Positions 47,699 to 58,016 of a stretch of 64,000 bases of DNA are shown here, piece by piece (position 1 is the stretch's first letter; the number at the start of each line of letters is the position of its first letter). A model generated the notes under the pieces. The model had not been told where the DNA came from. It did not search any database and worked only from the letters and a program-made list of their open reading frames with translations. A program made the position numbers and the translations under genes. The stretch lies in the NCBI GenBank assembly GCA_000146465.1, contig CP001947.1. One strand, 5' to 3'.

Positions 47699-48055
47699 TT
47701 AATTATGAGAGCTTACCCTGTTCGGATTGAATCCATATCTGATCTTTCTTCCTTGAGAAGAGCGGACTCTAACTATCTTGGCGTGGCACGCACAAGACAC
47801 GCAGAACTGTGACTTATAGCCCATCCTTGGAACTTCAAACACTTCGTAGATGGTTTTCTCTTTCAGATCATCAAATGAGGCCTGTTCAATGAGAGACTGA
47901 ATCCTAAATCTTTTGATTGCCTTATCCTTAGGTGTTACACTGCCGCACTTATCGCACTGGATGGGCTTCACACTTCCTCTGTTCTTCTTTGATCTCCCGT
48001 GGTTTCTTCTTTTAACTGTCTATAAAATTAGAATGCTTCGCCTATCACTTACCAT
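47699..48055 (-). CDS. RPS26: 40S ribosomal protein S26e with a 33-nt intron directly after the ATG
   Basis: ATG(48053-55)|GTAAGTGATAGGCGAAGCATTCTAATTTTATAG|ACAGTTAAAAGAAGAAACCACGGG... The spliced product [28 protein letters not shown]... matches S26e ([26 protein letters not shown]). The track ORF lacks this N-terminus and starts at an internal GTG. Confidence 0.85.
48020..48052 (-). other. spliceosomal intron (33 nt) of RPS26
   Basis: 5' GTAAGT, CTAAT branch-like box, 3' TAG. In-frame restoration of the universally conserved S26 N-terminus. Confidence 0.8.
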
Positions 48056-48242
48056 TCTTAAGGGCAAAAATTTTCGAGTCAATGAACTTTGCCATTCGCA
48101 GGTTTGATCAAGTGCAGAATTCTGTTCCACCAGCCATTCCATTCTTAAAGACGGAAGAGAAATGATCCAATTCTATTTTAGTTCTTTAACTTTTAAATAA
48201 GGTACGTACTTACCCCAAACAATAACAGAACCTTGCATTTGG

Positions 48243-49055
48243 ATGAGCTTTCTAGAATACTTATCAACAATAAAAAGACATCTTCTATCCCAGAAGCTCC
48301 CGGGGACCTATAGATCCGAATCCAATAGGAACTTCCAGGCAATATTCTTTACCTTAGGCCTTCTAAACCTGATCTTCGGGGTGATGGCAACACTTGTTTA
48401 TGCCAGCCTACTGGAGGAAATCATTCCATACACAGACAGTACAAGTATCGATGTCTATCTTCCCAGTGGGAAGATTTATCTTTTTTTGGAAATGAGAGAG
48501 TTCTACCAGACCAATCTGAGATACAGCAAGAGCATCAGCCATCCTCAGCTCCAAGGCAAAAGGCCGAAGAATCTCCAAGCGGCTAGACCATTAGCTTACG
48601 ACGATGGAAAGGTTATATATCCTGCAGGACTTCTCCCAAACAGCTTCCCTCACGACACATATGAGATTGATGGAGTAGACGTTGAGACAGATGGAATTTC
48701 ATGGGAATCAGAAAGAAGCACAATGAAGCCACCGTCTTATACGAGGGATGAAGTTGTTTCTCCTCCTCTTTGGCCTGTTTATGATGATATTCCGGACCTA
48801 AGCCAAAATGAGAGGTTTATCAACTGGATTTATATATCTCCCTTTCCAAGCTTCAGAAAACTCTGGGGAGTAGCTAATGTAGAAACAGAAGGAACATACA
48901 AACTGAATATCACATCTATATTCCCATATGGAAAGAAAAGAGTGTGTCTCTTGCAATCATCGGTCATAGGGCCCAAGAACTATTTCTTGTCTATTGGGTT
49001 GATTTTTGTAGGGCTGGGGATGATTCTACTCTCTCTCCACGGCCATTTTTTGTGA
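48243..49055 (+). CDS. CDC50/LEM3 family protein (P4-ATPase flippase beta-subunit)
   Basis: N- and C-terminal TMs flanking an exoplasmic domain. ERFINWIYISPFPSFRKLWG matches the CDC50 E.FI.WMR.AALP.FRKLYG signature. Confidence 0.7.
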   Translation: MSFLEYLSTIKRHLLSQKLPGTYRSESNRNFQAIFFTLGLLNLIFGVMATLVYASLLEEIIPYTDSTSIDVYLPSGKIYLFLEMREFYQTNLRYSKSISHPQLQGKRPKNLQAARPLAYDDGKVIYPAGLLPNSFPHDTYEIDGVDVETDGISWESERSTMKPPSYTRDEVVSPPLWPVYDDIPDLSQNERFINWIYISPFPSFRKLWGVANVETEGTYKLNITSIFPYGKKRVCLLQSSVIGPKNYFLSIGLIFVGLGMILLSLHGHFL

Positions 49056-49158
49056 TGAAAGTCCTACAGATAGCATTCTTATGATTGAATAAATTAGATC
49101 CTTTTAATTGTAATACTCTAGACTTCCAGAACGCATTCTTTGCTTACCTGTATCCAAT

Positions 49159-50631
49159 CTAACTAGTGGTCTTCATAATGTCCTTATAAGATATCATCGA
49201 GTCTCCCGTAACATAAATTCTAGACTTCCCTTTCATTTCTGTATTATAATACTCATACAAAGCCCTGTATTCCGAGTAGGTTACTCCTCCCCGGACATAT
49301 ACTATCATGTAGTCCATTGGATTCTCCGATTCTCTTATCTCTAAGAAGTATCTATCATCAAGCCTACTTGTCCACCAGTGGCGAGCAATTCTTTTGATTG
49401 CAGGCTGATATCCTAGCTTAACATCAATACCATCGTGAAATCTGTATCCATAGCATCTTGGTATGGAAGCTCCAATAGAATATCTTCTTGTAAACGACTC
49501 CACTTCTTCTATAAGGTCTGGATATTTCTTAGCTTCGTCATTGGGATTTCTTTTGTTTCGGAGCGAGTATATTATAAGCAATTTACTCCGCTCCATAATA
49601 GAAATATCCTTTCTTGTAAGGTACTCGCCAACCTCTTCTTTACTAGTCCTGTTGTTTTTTAAGATGTTCATCTCGGTTTCGCTTAGGTCCTTAAGCCTGA
49701 GGCATGCTCTCATCACATAGCCATGCTGAGAAAGGTGTGCCTCTAGCTGCCGGGAAATCTTAGTGTTTTCTTCCAGATCATCGAAGACAAAGTCATGAAG
49801 CTTCTTCTTCTTAAACTCGGCCTTTTTGATTAAGCCTTTGATATCTTCCGAAACTTCATATATGTCCTTAAATTTAGAAGCATTGAAAAATGAATCATCC
49901 ACTACCGAATAACTTTTCTTTCCTATTTGAACAACACCGTTCTCATAATCTGCATGTTCATAAAGTAGAGATTGATACCTCCATTCATATAACAACGGAG
50001 TATATATATCGAAAGTTCTGTCTAGGATTATGAGAGTCCCTCCTTGCTTGCTCCCAAGACTCATAAGCCTGGTGTTCAGTGAATCTGCATCTTCTAGCAG
50101 CAACTTGTCTCCCACTTGAACCTTAATTGCTGGGACTCCTCCTAGATTCATGATAAGGGAAAAAAGACCATCCAAAGTTCTTTTTCTTATGGAAGGGGAT
50201 ACTTGATTACTTGTCTTTGCTCTGTGGAAGGTATACAGAAAATCATCTTGTCTAAAGAAGTCAATATATATTTCATGAACTTCGGAGATAACACAATATA
50301 TATCGCTCGTAGCCAGTATTTCCAGCATCAAGGAATCCATCTGATTCGTAAATAGAACAATATATCTCTCATAGAATGGATTTGCCACCTCTTCTATCAG
50401 CCATCTTATACTCTCAGGCCGTATTACTGCCATGCAGGTAATACCTTGAATCTTTTCCCTTCTTTTGTTCATTATATTATCAAATAGGAAGTAATCGTTC
50501 TCGAGAAATCTTGAATGAGGAATTATGTTACTAAGGATTATCTTGGTGTCTTCATCAAATAAGAGGGCCTTAACACCCTCTCCCATTTCCAATATCTCAT
50601 CAATCTTTTTGCTGAGTAGATCATCGTGCAT
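49159..50631 (-). CDS. Sec1/Munc18 (SM) family protein
   Basis: The N-terminal domain pattern (KALLFDEDTKIILSNIIPHSRFLEND...ITCMAVIRPE...YERYIVLFTN) is typical of Sec1/Vps45/Sly1. The track start is TTG. The ATG is the 4th codon. Confidence 0.6.
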   Translation of the reverse strand: MHDDLLSKKIDEILEMGEGVKALLFDEDTKIILSNIIPHSRFLENDYFLFDNIMNKRREKIQGITCMAVIRPESIRWLIEEVANPFYERYIVLFTNQMDSLMLEILATSDIYCVISEVHEIYIDFFRQDDFLYTFHRAKTSNQVSPSIRKRTLDGLFSLIMNLGGVPAIKVQVGDKLLLEDADSLNTRLMSLGSKQGGTLIILDRTFDIYTPLLYEWRYQSLLYEHADYENGVVQIGKKSYSVVDDSFFNASKFKDIYEVSEDIKGLIKKAEFKKKKLHDFVFDDLEENTKISRQLEAHLSQHGYVMRACLRLKDLSETEMNILKNNRTSKEEVGEYLTRKDISIMERSKLLIIYSLRNKRNPNDEAKKYPDLIEEVESFTRRYSIGASIPRCYGYRFHDGIDVKLGYQPAIKRIARHWWTSRLDDRYFLEIRESENPMDYMIVYVRGGVTYSEYRALYEYYNTEMKGKSRIYVTGDSMISYKDIMKTTS

Positions 50632-50735
50632 GGCTTCCAAGTGTTTGTTGGATTGCTCTATTTCTCTGTTTCAGAATCATATCCAAAACTAGAAATCACT
50701 CTGTTTCGAAACCACATCCATTAGTTTTACATCTT

Positions 50736-52583
50736 TTATTTCTTAGATAGAAAGCTTGCCTCAAGAAAATGGAGCTGGCCTTTAGTCCTTTCTTCTCTCT
50801 CACTATTGAACAAGGAGTTATATCCACGTCCAAACAACCATGAAAACGCAGACATTCTCTCGACGCCTTTGAGCCAATGCATTGTAGAAATTCTTTCCAG
50901 AGGAAGCACTTCTGTGGTTTTTATGAACCATTGGCTGCTATTTCTTAATTTAAATGTAAGATGAGGCCCAATATTCAGGCTGTAACTGTCGTCCTTTAGA
51001 TAATATGATGTGCGGATCTCAGAGCCTCTGACAACGGCTTTGTTATAGAAAAGTCGATATACCGGGTATCCTAGGTCATAGAAGTCGTGCAAAGATACTT
51101 CTGTTTCCAAACCCTTTGTATCATCTTTGAAACACCCTATCAATCCCATGACATCATTCCTCATGCTGACAAGATTCTCGACATTCTTCCGCGGGGTTTT
51201 TATTACAACATTGTCCTTGTATGCAGATTTCTTTCTCTCTCTTTCATTCATGAATTTGATATAGACACCATGCTTTTTCATTATCTTTTGGATATTCTTC
51301 CCTCCATACCCAATGATCCTTTTATGATGTTTTTCATCAATATAAAAGGTCAACTCTTCAGGAAATTCGTCTTCAATCATTTCTAAGGCATTTTTGAATG
51401 CTTCAGAGCGCCCATTTATGACCATATGGACCCGGGAGCTCCCCGGCTTCTTATGTATTCCAATTCCACAACATACGTCTCTCATGATCCTTGTGATTTT
51501 TCCATTTTTCTTTCCGCAGAGGAACTCCACTGTTTCTGTCTCTATGTCCATCTCAGCCTCCACATACCCTCCGTTTTCTTCTACCATCCTCAGTAAATTT
51601 TGCTTCTCGCTAATGACCAAGAAGGAACTCGTGTCGCTGATATGAAGTACAAAAGCATTATCATAATTCAAATGCTTCATGTTTTTCATCACAACCTTCA
51701 TTATGTTGTTGTACAATAAATTTATCTTGTTCTTTGCTCTTCGGACTTCATAAAGGTCAAAGCCCTTCAGAACTATCTCTGTGTAGTCGGAGCATATCTT
51801 TCTTGTGTTTATGTATGTCTGGGTGTCAGATAGAATATCCTCGATTTCTTTTCCCTTGTATAGAAGCAAATACATAACCTTTTGCGAATCAAGCACAAGG
51901 CTTTCAATTATTTTCTCTGGCTCCTTGATATCAAGACCTAAGCCGCTATGGGATATAAGACATTCGTCAGAGTTTATTCTGGAGTGATAGAATATCCTTC
52001 CTCCTTTCTCAATAACTTCTTTTGTGGGTATGAGAATTCTCCTAATCTCTGTGGTTCTCCCAAAGGCTTCTTCGATCATTAATAGGATCTTCGTTCGAGC
52101 ACTGAGACACGCCTTTCTTTTTCCACAAATAAATATTTCAACCTTCCCGCTTATCTTAATGCAAATGGAAGTGTCTGTACTACTCATTATTTCCTTAACT
52201 CTCTCCATTATCTCAGCTTTCATGGAGTAAAGACAAAGGGGGATTTCCAGTCTGTAGCAGTATCTAAAGCATCTACTAGCCAGCTCCATCATTTGGTGAA
52301 TGCCGTAAGGATGGCCCATACTCAGAGATACCTGAACCTTGTTTCCTATGCTTTTAGATACAGAGACATGGCCTATTCCCACAAGAATTTTATGGAGGTC
52401 CAAGCATATTCCATTATACATGGACGAAACCATTTCCCTCGGCGTATGTTCCCCTAATGGTATTATGAAAGACAAGGAGGCTCCGTCGAGCTCGGGCACA
52501 GTGAAGGACTCGAGCCCCTTTCTACGGTGCTCCATGGTTCTAAGGAACTGTCTGTCTTTTATACGCATAAGCATATGAAACAT
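50736..52583 (-). CDS. multi-KH-domain RNA-binding protein (Scp160/vigilin-like)
   Basis: Several KH-type GxxG cores (ICGKRKACLSARTKI, LCGKKNGKITRIMRDV, IIGYGGKNIQKIMKKHGVYIKF). 615 aa. ATG confirmed. Confidence 0.55.
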   Translation of the reverse strand: MFHMLMRIKDRQFLRTMEHRRKGLESFTVPELDGASLSFIIPLGEHTPREMVSSMYNGICLDLHKILVGIGHVSVSKSIGNKVQVSLSMGHPYGIHQMMELASRCFRYCYRLEIPLCLYSMKAEIMERVKEIMSSTDTSICIKISGKVEIFICGKRKACLSARTKILLMIEEAFGRTTEIRRILIPTKEVIEKGGRIFYHSRINSDECLISHSGLGLDIKEPEKIIESLVLDSQKVMYLLLYKGKEIEDILSDTQTYINTRKICSDYTEIVLKGFDLYEVRRAKNKINLLYNNIMKVVMKNMKHLNYDNAFVLHISDTSSFLVISEKQNLLRMVEENGGYVEAEMDIETETVEFLCGKKNGKITRIMRDVCCGIGIHKKPGSSRVHMVINGRSEAFKNALEMIEDEFPEELTFYIDEKHHKRIIGYGGKNIQKIMKKHGVYIKFMNERERKKSAYKDNVVIKTPRKNVENLVSMRNDVMGLIGCFKDDTKGLETEVSLHDFYDLGYPVYRLFYNKAVVRGSEIRTSYYLKDDSYSLNIGPHLTFKLRNSSQWFIKTTEVLPLERISTMHWLKGVERMSAFSWLFGRGYNSLFNSEREERTKGQLHFLEASFLSKK

Positions 52584-52682
52584 ACATCACATCAGGCTTC
52601 TAAAACACGGATTGTAATACCTTATGGATGTTTATTGGATTCCAACATGGAGCAAAGGCTCAGTTTAGTAAGAATGTTTTCT

Positions 52683-53867
52683 CTAGCTACAGCAGATAAT
52701 ATAACTACAAATAGAAATTCCCATTAGCGATGCAAATAAGGGGACTGAAAGTGGAAGATTGAAGGGCCTTTCCTCAGAAGGATACTTCAGCTTGAGAAGT
52801 ACAAGACCTATGCATGACAAAGAATAAAACAGAGATATTCCAAATGCTATCTTGTTTACCATCCAGGTTATGCTCTCCAGCTTGGCAAATCCAAAGACAA
52901 TGAAAGAGAAAGCAATAAGTGACATCACCTCCGTCTTCTTGTTGAATTTCTCTGGAATAAGAGACTCGATAATCCCAGAACCAACAATAAATGAGCATAT
53001 GAGAGATCCAAAGGTGGGGATAAGTGTAACTATCACCGATAGAATTCTAGGAGTAACTGGGATTCCCACTGCTTTGAAGTATTCGTCGATAAAAAAGACG
53101 CTTCCAATAATGTGGTCGTATGGTACCACACACATCATCGATAAACTTATGAGTATGTAAATGAAAGCTACAGCCCATATAGATCCAACTATAGCCCTTG
53201 GAAAGGTCTTTGCAGGGTTATGTATTCTGTTTGCAATGTAGTTTCCACAGTTCCATCCGTCAAACGAAAATTGCGTAAAGCACAGTCCCTGAACTATTGA
53301 CGTTGAGTCTATCTCCACAGTATTATTTCTTTCGTCCAGTATTGCGGGATTTGCAGAATTCTTAATTACGGTAAACGACACCAAAGAAATTCCCAAAAGA
53401 GAGACAACAGTGGCAACCTTGAGGAAAAACAGTGCCCTCATTGTCCATGTGACTAGTCTCCCTCCAAAGGATAGAAATATAGTGCATAGAGCTAATACCA
53501 CGCCAATGCAACAATCTCTTCCAATGTCGTCCTCAAAACACTCATATATCTTGATCGACATAACTGCACAAGACAGTGGTAGGATCAGTAGTATGGAAAC
53601 CATGGAATAAATAGTTCCTACATGTTTTGAATATGCTCTTCCAAGATAGTTCAAGTCTCCTCCCGGATATGGATAGGTTGCCCCAAGTTCTGCGTAACAT
53701 AGTCCAAATACTGTTGCAATTACTGCCGAAGCAACTATTAGAAGGATGGAAGAGACACAAGTTCCCGTCTGTGATAAAATATAGTGGGCCATACTAAAAA
53801 CTCCTATTCCAACCATGTTACATATGGACAAAAACATAAGATCAAACGTCTTGATTTTTTTTTTCAT
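52683..53867 (-). CDS. amino acid permease, APC superfamily (short form)
   Basis: N-terminal APC signature (LSICNMVGIGVFSMA...AELGATYPYPGGDLNYLG). 10-11 predicted TMs. 394 aa. Confidence 0.65.
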   Translation of the reverse strand: MKKKIKTFDLMFLSICNMVGIGVFSMAHYILSQTGTCVSSILLIVASAVIATVFGLCYAELGATYPYPGGDLNYLGRAYSKHVGTIYSMVSILLILPLSCAVMSIKIYECFEDDIGRDCCIGVVLALCTIFLSFGGRLVTWTMRALFFLKVATVVSLLGISLVSFTVIKNSANPAILDERNNTVEIDSTSIVQGLCFTQFSFDGWNCGNYIANRIHNPAKTFPRAIVGSIWAVAFIYILISLSMMCVVPYDHIIGSVFFIDEYFKAVGIPVTPRILSVIVTLIPTFGSLICSFIVGSGIIESLIPEKFNKKTEVMSLIAFSFIVFGFAKLESITWMVNKIAFGISLFYSLSCIGLVLLKLKYPSEERPFNLPLSVPLFASLMGISICSYIICCS

Positions 53868-53942
53868 TTACGGGGCTTTGATTCGGAGCTTTTAAATTAA
53901 GGGATATGCCGCTGAGCCAAAACTAGTAAAAAAGAATGCCCT

Positions 53943-54800
53943 ATGGATATCGAGTCCGCAAGAGACAATCTAAGAAATGATAGTGTCCCTATAGCAAGGA
54001 GAATGAGATCTCTGTTCTATTTACGAAATATATTGGAGCCTGGGTCTGTAGATGCTATTTCTGGGGCATTTACATCCAAGTCCGTTCTCTTGAAGCATGA
54101 GGCTGCATATGTTCTTGGACAAATGTGCATAGAAAATTCTATTAAGGTACTTCTAAATGTTTTATCTGATGAAAGCGAGAATGAAATTGTTAGGCATGAG
54201 GCGGCGGAAGCACTGGGGAATTTCAAGGCAACAGAAGAGATTGTAGCAGCGTTAAAGAAATACTCCGATCATCCTTTGAAGCCTATTTCCGAGACTTGCT
54301 ATCTGGCACTTATGAAACTGAAGAACGGAATAAATATTGTGTCCAAGTTTGGATCTCGGGACCCGGCATCTCCAATGGAAGGAAGTTTTGAGGAGGCAAG
54401 AAAGATTTTACTGGATAGAAATGAATGTCTGTATAGAAGATACCAAGCGATGTTTTACTTGAGAGATCTAAATACGCTTGATGCTATACATTCTCTTGGG
54501 GAGGCTATGAGAGACGATTCATCACTATTCAAACATGAAATATCGTTCGTTTTTGGCCAGATGAGATCAGTGGAATCTATTCCATACCTTATTAAGGGGA
54601 TGGAAGATGAAAAAGAACATGGGATGGTTAGGCATGAATGTGCAGAAGCTTTGGGAGCGATTGGAAATGACAAGGCTTTGGAGGCGTTGGCCAAATACCT
54701 TCACGATCCATGTGACATTCTGAGAGAAAGTGTAGAAGTGGCGGTAGACATTCACAATTATATGACCAGTAACGAGATAGAGTACTGCAATGTACAATGA
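53943..54800 (+). CDS. DOHH: deoxyhypusine hydroxylase (HEAT-repeat dinuclear iron enzyme)
   Basis: Four His-Glu motifs in HEAT-like repeats ([39 protein letters not shown]). 285 aa. Confidence 0.85.
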   Translation: MDIESARDNLRNDSVPIARRMRSLFYLRNILEPGSVDAISGAFTSKSVLLKHEAAYVLGQMCIENSIKVLLNVLSDESENEIVRHEAAEALGNFKATEEIVAALKKYSDHPLKPISETCYLALMKLKNGINIVSKFGSRDPASPMEGSFEEARKILLDRNECLYRRYQAMFYLRDLNTLDAIHSLGEAMRDDSSLFKHEISFVFGQMRSVESIPYLIKGMEDEKEHGMVRHECAEALGAIGNDKALEALAKYLHDPCDILRESVEVAVDIHNYMTSNEIEYCNVQ

Positions 54801-54905
54801 GATGAACATAGTGAGTTGCATTAGAAGAGAACATGAAACTATGTTGCTTGGGTATTTTCATTAAATTGGTTCAAGATCTTTGGGGAAACTTACAAGATAC
54901 GCAGT

Positions 54906-55601
54906 TTATTTTCCAGACAGAGTGGAAATGTAACCTTTTAGTAAAGGAATGAGAAAACACCAATTGGCTAGTACGGTCATTACATGGAATATCTCGTGGT
55001 ATCCAAATACCTGAGGATATGGATTAGGCTTTTCGATTCCGTAAATGAGTCCTCCGATTATGTATATGGCACCACCCAATATAAAAAGTGAAGTATCCCC
55101 GACTGTAATGCTACTCGCAATGATACGGAAGAATGGAATAACAGAAATACCGTGAAGTATATAGACCATAAGATCAAAATGCAGATGCAGCTTTTTCATC
55201 AGAACGATCTTTAGAATTCCTGCAAGTGATATTGTCCAGGTCATCAATAGAGCGTACTTTGTATATGTGCCCACTGGAACCAAGGTAAGAATCACAGAAG
55301 TCTGGGTACCCGATATCAGAAGGAATATAGAGATGTGGTCCAGCCTCTGGAAGAGGGATCTTATCTTCTCATCCTTCCACGACGTAACATGGTATGTGCT
55401 GCTTACACCGAACAAGATCAGCTGAGACAGAAGATATATCATTATTCCAAAGTTGCCTTTTTTATGAAAACAGCAAATAGTGTACAAAAAGGTCTTTACG
55501 ATGGTGAGATAAAAAGCTATCTGGTGGATCCGTCCACGGAGCATAGGTTTTGGCTTTGTCATTTTGTTGGGTATGAGTAAACTAATTTTAATGCACATCA
55601 A
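54906..55601 (-). CDS. PAQR/hemolysin-III family membrane protein
   Basis: 7-TM protein with motifs RIHQIAFYL, SSTYHV, LDHISIFLLISGT, and the C-terminal GYHEIFHVMTVLA. Confidence 0.7.
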   Translation of the reverse strand: MMCIKISLLIPNKMTKPKPMLRGRIHQIAFYLTIVKTFLYTICCFHKKGNFGIMIYLLSQLILFGVSSTYHVTSWKDEKIRSLFQRLDHISIFLLISGTQTSVILTLVPVGTYTKYALLMTWTISLAGILKIVLMKKLHLHFDLMVYILHGISVIPFFRIIASSITVGDTSLFILGGAIYIIGGLIYGIEKPNPYPQVFGYHEIFHVMTVLANWCFLIPLLKGYISTLSGK

Positions 55602-55700
55602 TCAATGTTGTTGTTGCTTTAAAACAATCCTGAAATGATCGTGCATATGAGAGGGGAGGAGGAATAGAGGAAATTAAAAAGAAGAAGGTAGGCCCCGAAT

Positions 55701-56384
55701 ATGAAAAGATCTCAAGATAATAAGAAGGATGAGATACGAAAAGACAAAAACATGAAGTCTCCTTCACTTAAAGAAAAGCTCACACCGGAAGAAGTGTGGA
55801 AAAACGCAGCTATTCTCCTAGGGACAAAAAAAAAAGAAGTAGCGCCAAAATCAACACAGGGCATGAAGAGTTTTGACTTTAACGAGGTTTGTACGGAGAT
55901 TGAGAAAATAAACAAAGAAAGAATCCAGCTCTACGGTAGTGAGCACGAAGAGGGGATAAAAAGGTTTTATGAAATAGAGACTTCAAACTCCCTTGTCCAC
56001 ATTCCTAATTTCAAGAGTTTGGAGAGAAAATATGTTCCAAGAACTCCTGTGGAGACTCCCATCTTCTTTCCCAAAACACCGTTGTATGTGTTTGAGAGCC
56101 AGGACATATTTAAGAAACTAGATATAGACACACTTTTCTTTATTTTCTACTCACAGCTCGGAACTGTTCAGCAATACTACGCTGCAGCACAATTGAAGAT
56201 GTATTCATGGAGATTTCATACAAAATACTTTACGTGGTTTCAGAGGTTGGACGAGCCCAAGCTAATAACAGCAGATTATGAAAGAGGAGATTTTCTATTT
56301 TTCGATTATGATGTCACATGGTCCTTCATGAAAAAAAGTGACTTTACATTTGAGTACAAATATCTGGAATGTTCCGAGTGGTAA
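55701..56384 (+). CDS. CCR4-NOT complex subunit with C-terminal NOT-box (NOT2/NOT3/5 family)
   Basis: NOT-box LFFIFYSQLGTVQQYYAAAQLKMYSWRFHTKYFTWFQR...ERGDFLFFDYDVTWSF. Confidence 0.7.
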   Translation: MKRSQDNKKDEIRKDKNMKSPSLKEKLTPEEVWKNAAILLGTKKKEVAPKSTQGMKSFDFNEVCTEIEKINKERIQLYGSEHEEGIKRFYEIETSNSLVHIPNFKSLERKYVPRTPVETPIFFPKTPLYVFESQDIFKKLDIDTLFFIFYSQLGTVQQYYAAAQLKMYSWRFHTKYFTWFQRLDEPKLITADYERGDFLFFDYDVTWSFMKKSDFTFEYKYLECSEW

Positions 56385-56448
56385 ACTCTCCTTTATGTAC
56401 TTGTAACCCATATAGCTATCTTGGTAGAAGAAATAAATACTTTTGTTC

Positions 56449-57513
56449 CTATTTCTTTTTTCTCTTCAAAATTTCCTTGTATATCCTTTGAATTTCTTCT
56501 CTCTGCTTTGTGTCTTCAATTTCCTTTCTAAACCACAAGGAAATCAAAAACTTCTGGGGCGGAATCTTCGCCTTGAGAGCCATGCTCATCACCTTGTATG
56601 CGTGCCGGAATATTTCAAGCACCAACTGGGAGTTTCTACAAACCGCTGCCACGTCGCAATCGGGATCAGTTGGATCCTCTATGGACAATGTTCTTGTGTC
56701 ATTCTTTACATATCCGGCCTTGTTTACTGAAATCCTTGCTATTTTGTATGGAAAGTCACATCCATAGTACTGGAAAAAGTCCATAAAAAGAATTCCGATA
56801 TTCTTAAGAGGGGAGATTTGATTCTCTTGGACAAGCGGATGTAATTGGAAGAAACTCAAAAGAAGAAGAAATTGGGAGTAACTGTTGAGACCTCCTGTTG
56901 CTGCATCCGATTGGTTTCTTATTGTAAGAAAGTGCTTTAACAGAATGGCAAACACCTTCATGTAAGGATGCTCCTTCAAGGTGTAGCTTACGAACTTGGC
57001 TGCTTCGATTCCATTTGTCTGGTTCACAGAAATATCTATTTTAAACCCAAACACTTTATCGCTAAACTTAAGGATAGGTATTCTGCATTTTCTGATATGA
57101 AATAGAGTTTCTTTTCTGATGAAGTCTGCCTTAAGCATGAGGCTTTTTATCTTTGATAGGTACCTATTAGAATATTCCTTATCGTGGTTATTCCCAAGCT
57201 GGATATTTATGTCAATATCACTTGATGGAATAATAAGTCCGGTAGTATAGCTTCCAAAAGGCTCTACTTCGGCATTTGGAATCTCACGGACTATTAGCCT
57301 TTTGATTTTTTCAAATATATACTTCCGAGAGTTGATTTCTGTTGTTGTAGGTGCTAACTTTTGGTACAGTTGGTGTAGCTCAAGATCGAGTTTTTCCAAG
57401 TTTCCAAGAGAAACAGAGGACATATTTGTATCAAGCAATGATTCTATCGAAACCGCCTTGTGAACTATGGGGTTTACTCCTGCTTTGTTGTCTCGAGTTG
57501 GCCTAATAGACAT
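56449..57513 (-). CDS. non-canonical poly(A) RNA polymerase (Trf4/Cid1-like nucleotidyltransferase)
   Basis: Pol-beta NTase core (EVEPFGSYTTGLIIPSSDIDINI) plus a PAP-associated domain. The track start (57585) overlaps the NDK stop codon region. Anchored at the internal ATG (MSIRPTRDNK). Confidence 0.65.
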   Translation of the reverse strand: MSIRPTRDNKAGVNPIVHKAVSIESLLDTNMSSVSLGNLEKLDLELHQLYQKLAPTTTEINSRKYIFEKIKRLIVREIPNAEVEPFGSYTTGLIIPSSDIDINIQLGNNHDKEYSNRYLSKIKSLMLKADFIRKETLFHIRKCRIPILKFSDKVFGFKIDISVNQTNGIEAAKFVSYTLKEHPYMKVFAILLKHFLTIRNQSDAATGGLNSYSQFLLLLSFFQLHPLVQENQISPLKNIGILFMDFFQYYGCDFPYKIARISVNKAGYVKNDTRTLSIEDPTDPDCDVAAVCRNSQLVLEIFRHAYKVMSMALKAKIPPQKFLISLWFRKEIEDTKQREEIQRIYKEILKRKKK

Positions 57514-57572
57514 CTCTACGGCACAATTTGTATGAGGATAAAAATAAGATGAAATATTATAGAGAAGAAAAT

Positions 57573-58016
57573 TTAATAGACCCATTTCTCATCAAAGAAG
57601 GACATTGGCAGAGCTTCGTCCCCAATCCAAAGCTTGATTTCCTTCTCGGCATTTTCAACCGAGTCCGAGCCATGGATGATGTTTTTTCCCGTAGCCATTC
57701 CATAATCTCCTCGGATAGTTCCTACAGAGGCTTCCCGAGGATTTGTTTCTCCAATTAGTTTCCTTCCCACAGATACAGCATCTTTACCAACCCACACCAT
57801 TGCTAGAACCATTCCAGACATCATGTGCTCCACCATTTCACCAAAAAATGGCCTGGCAGACAGATGGGAATAGTGCTGTTCTAGAACCTCTTTCTTTGGA
57901 ATTACACATTTGGAAGCGGCTAGGTACAGTCCCTTTTCCTCGAATCTTTGGATCACTTTGGACATCAGCCTTCGCTTGATACCTTCGGGCTTGATCATGA
58001 TAAAAGTTCTCTCCAT
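57573..58016 (-). CDS. NDK: nucleoside diphosphate kinase
   Basis: ERTFIMIKPEGIKRRL...NIIHGSDSVENAEKEI (active-site His). 147 aa. ATG confirmed. Confidence 0.9.
   Translation of the reverse strand: MERTFIMIKPEGIKRRLMSKVIQRFEEKGLYLAASKCVIPKKEVLEQHYSHLSARPFFGEMVEHMMSGMVLAMVWVGKDAVSVGRKLIGETNPREASVGTIRGDYGMATGKNIIHGSDSVENAEKEIKLWIGDEALPMSFFDEKWVY

Noticed and set aside
49142-49150. GCTTACCTG 9-mer resembling the U1 snRNA 5' end (ACUUACCUG), just downstream of the CDC50 gene
   Set aside because: It lies 9 nt from the stop codon of the SM-protein gene on the other strand. There is no room for a roughly 150-nt U1 without running through that CDS. No Sm site or stem-loops follow. It is most likely chance.
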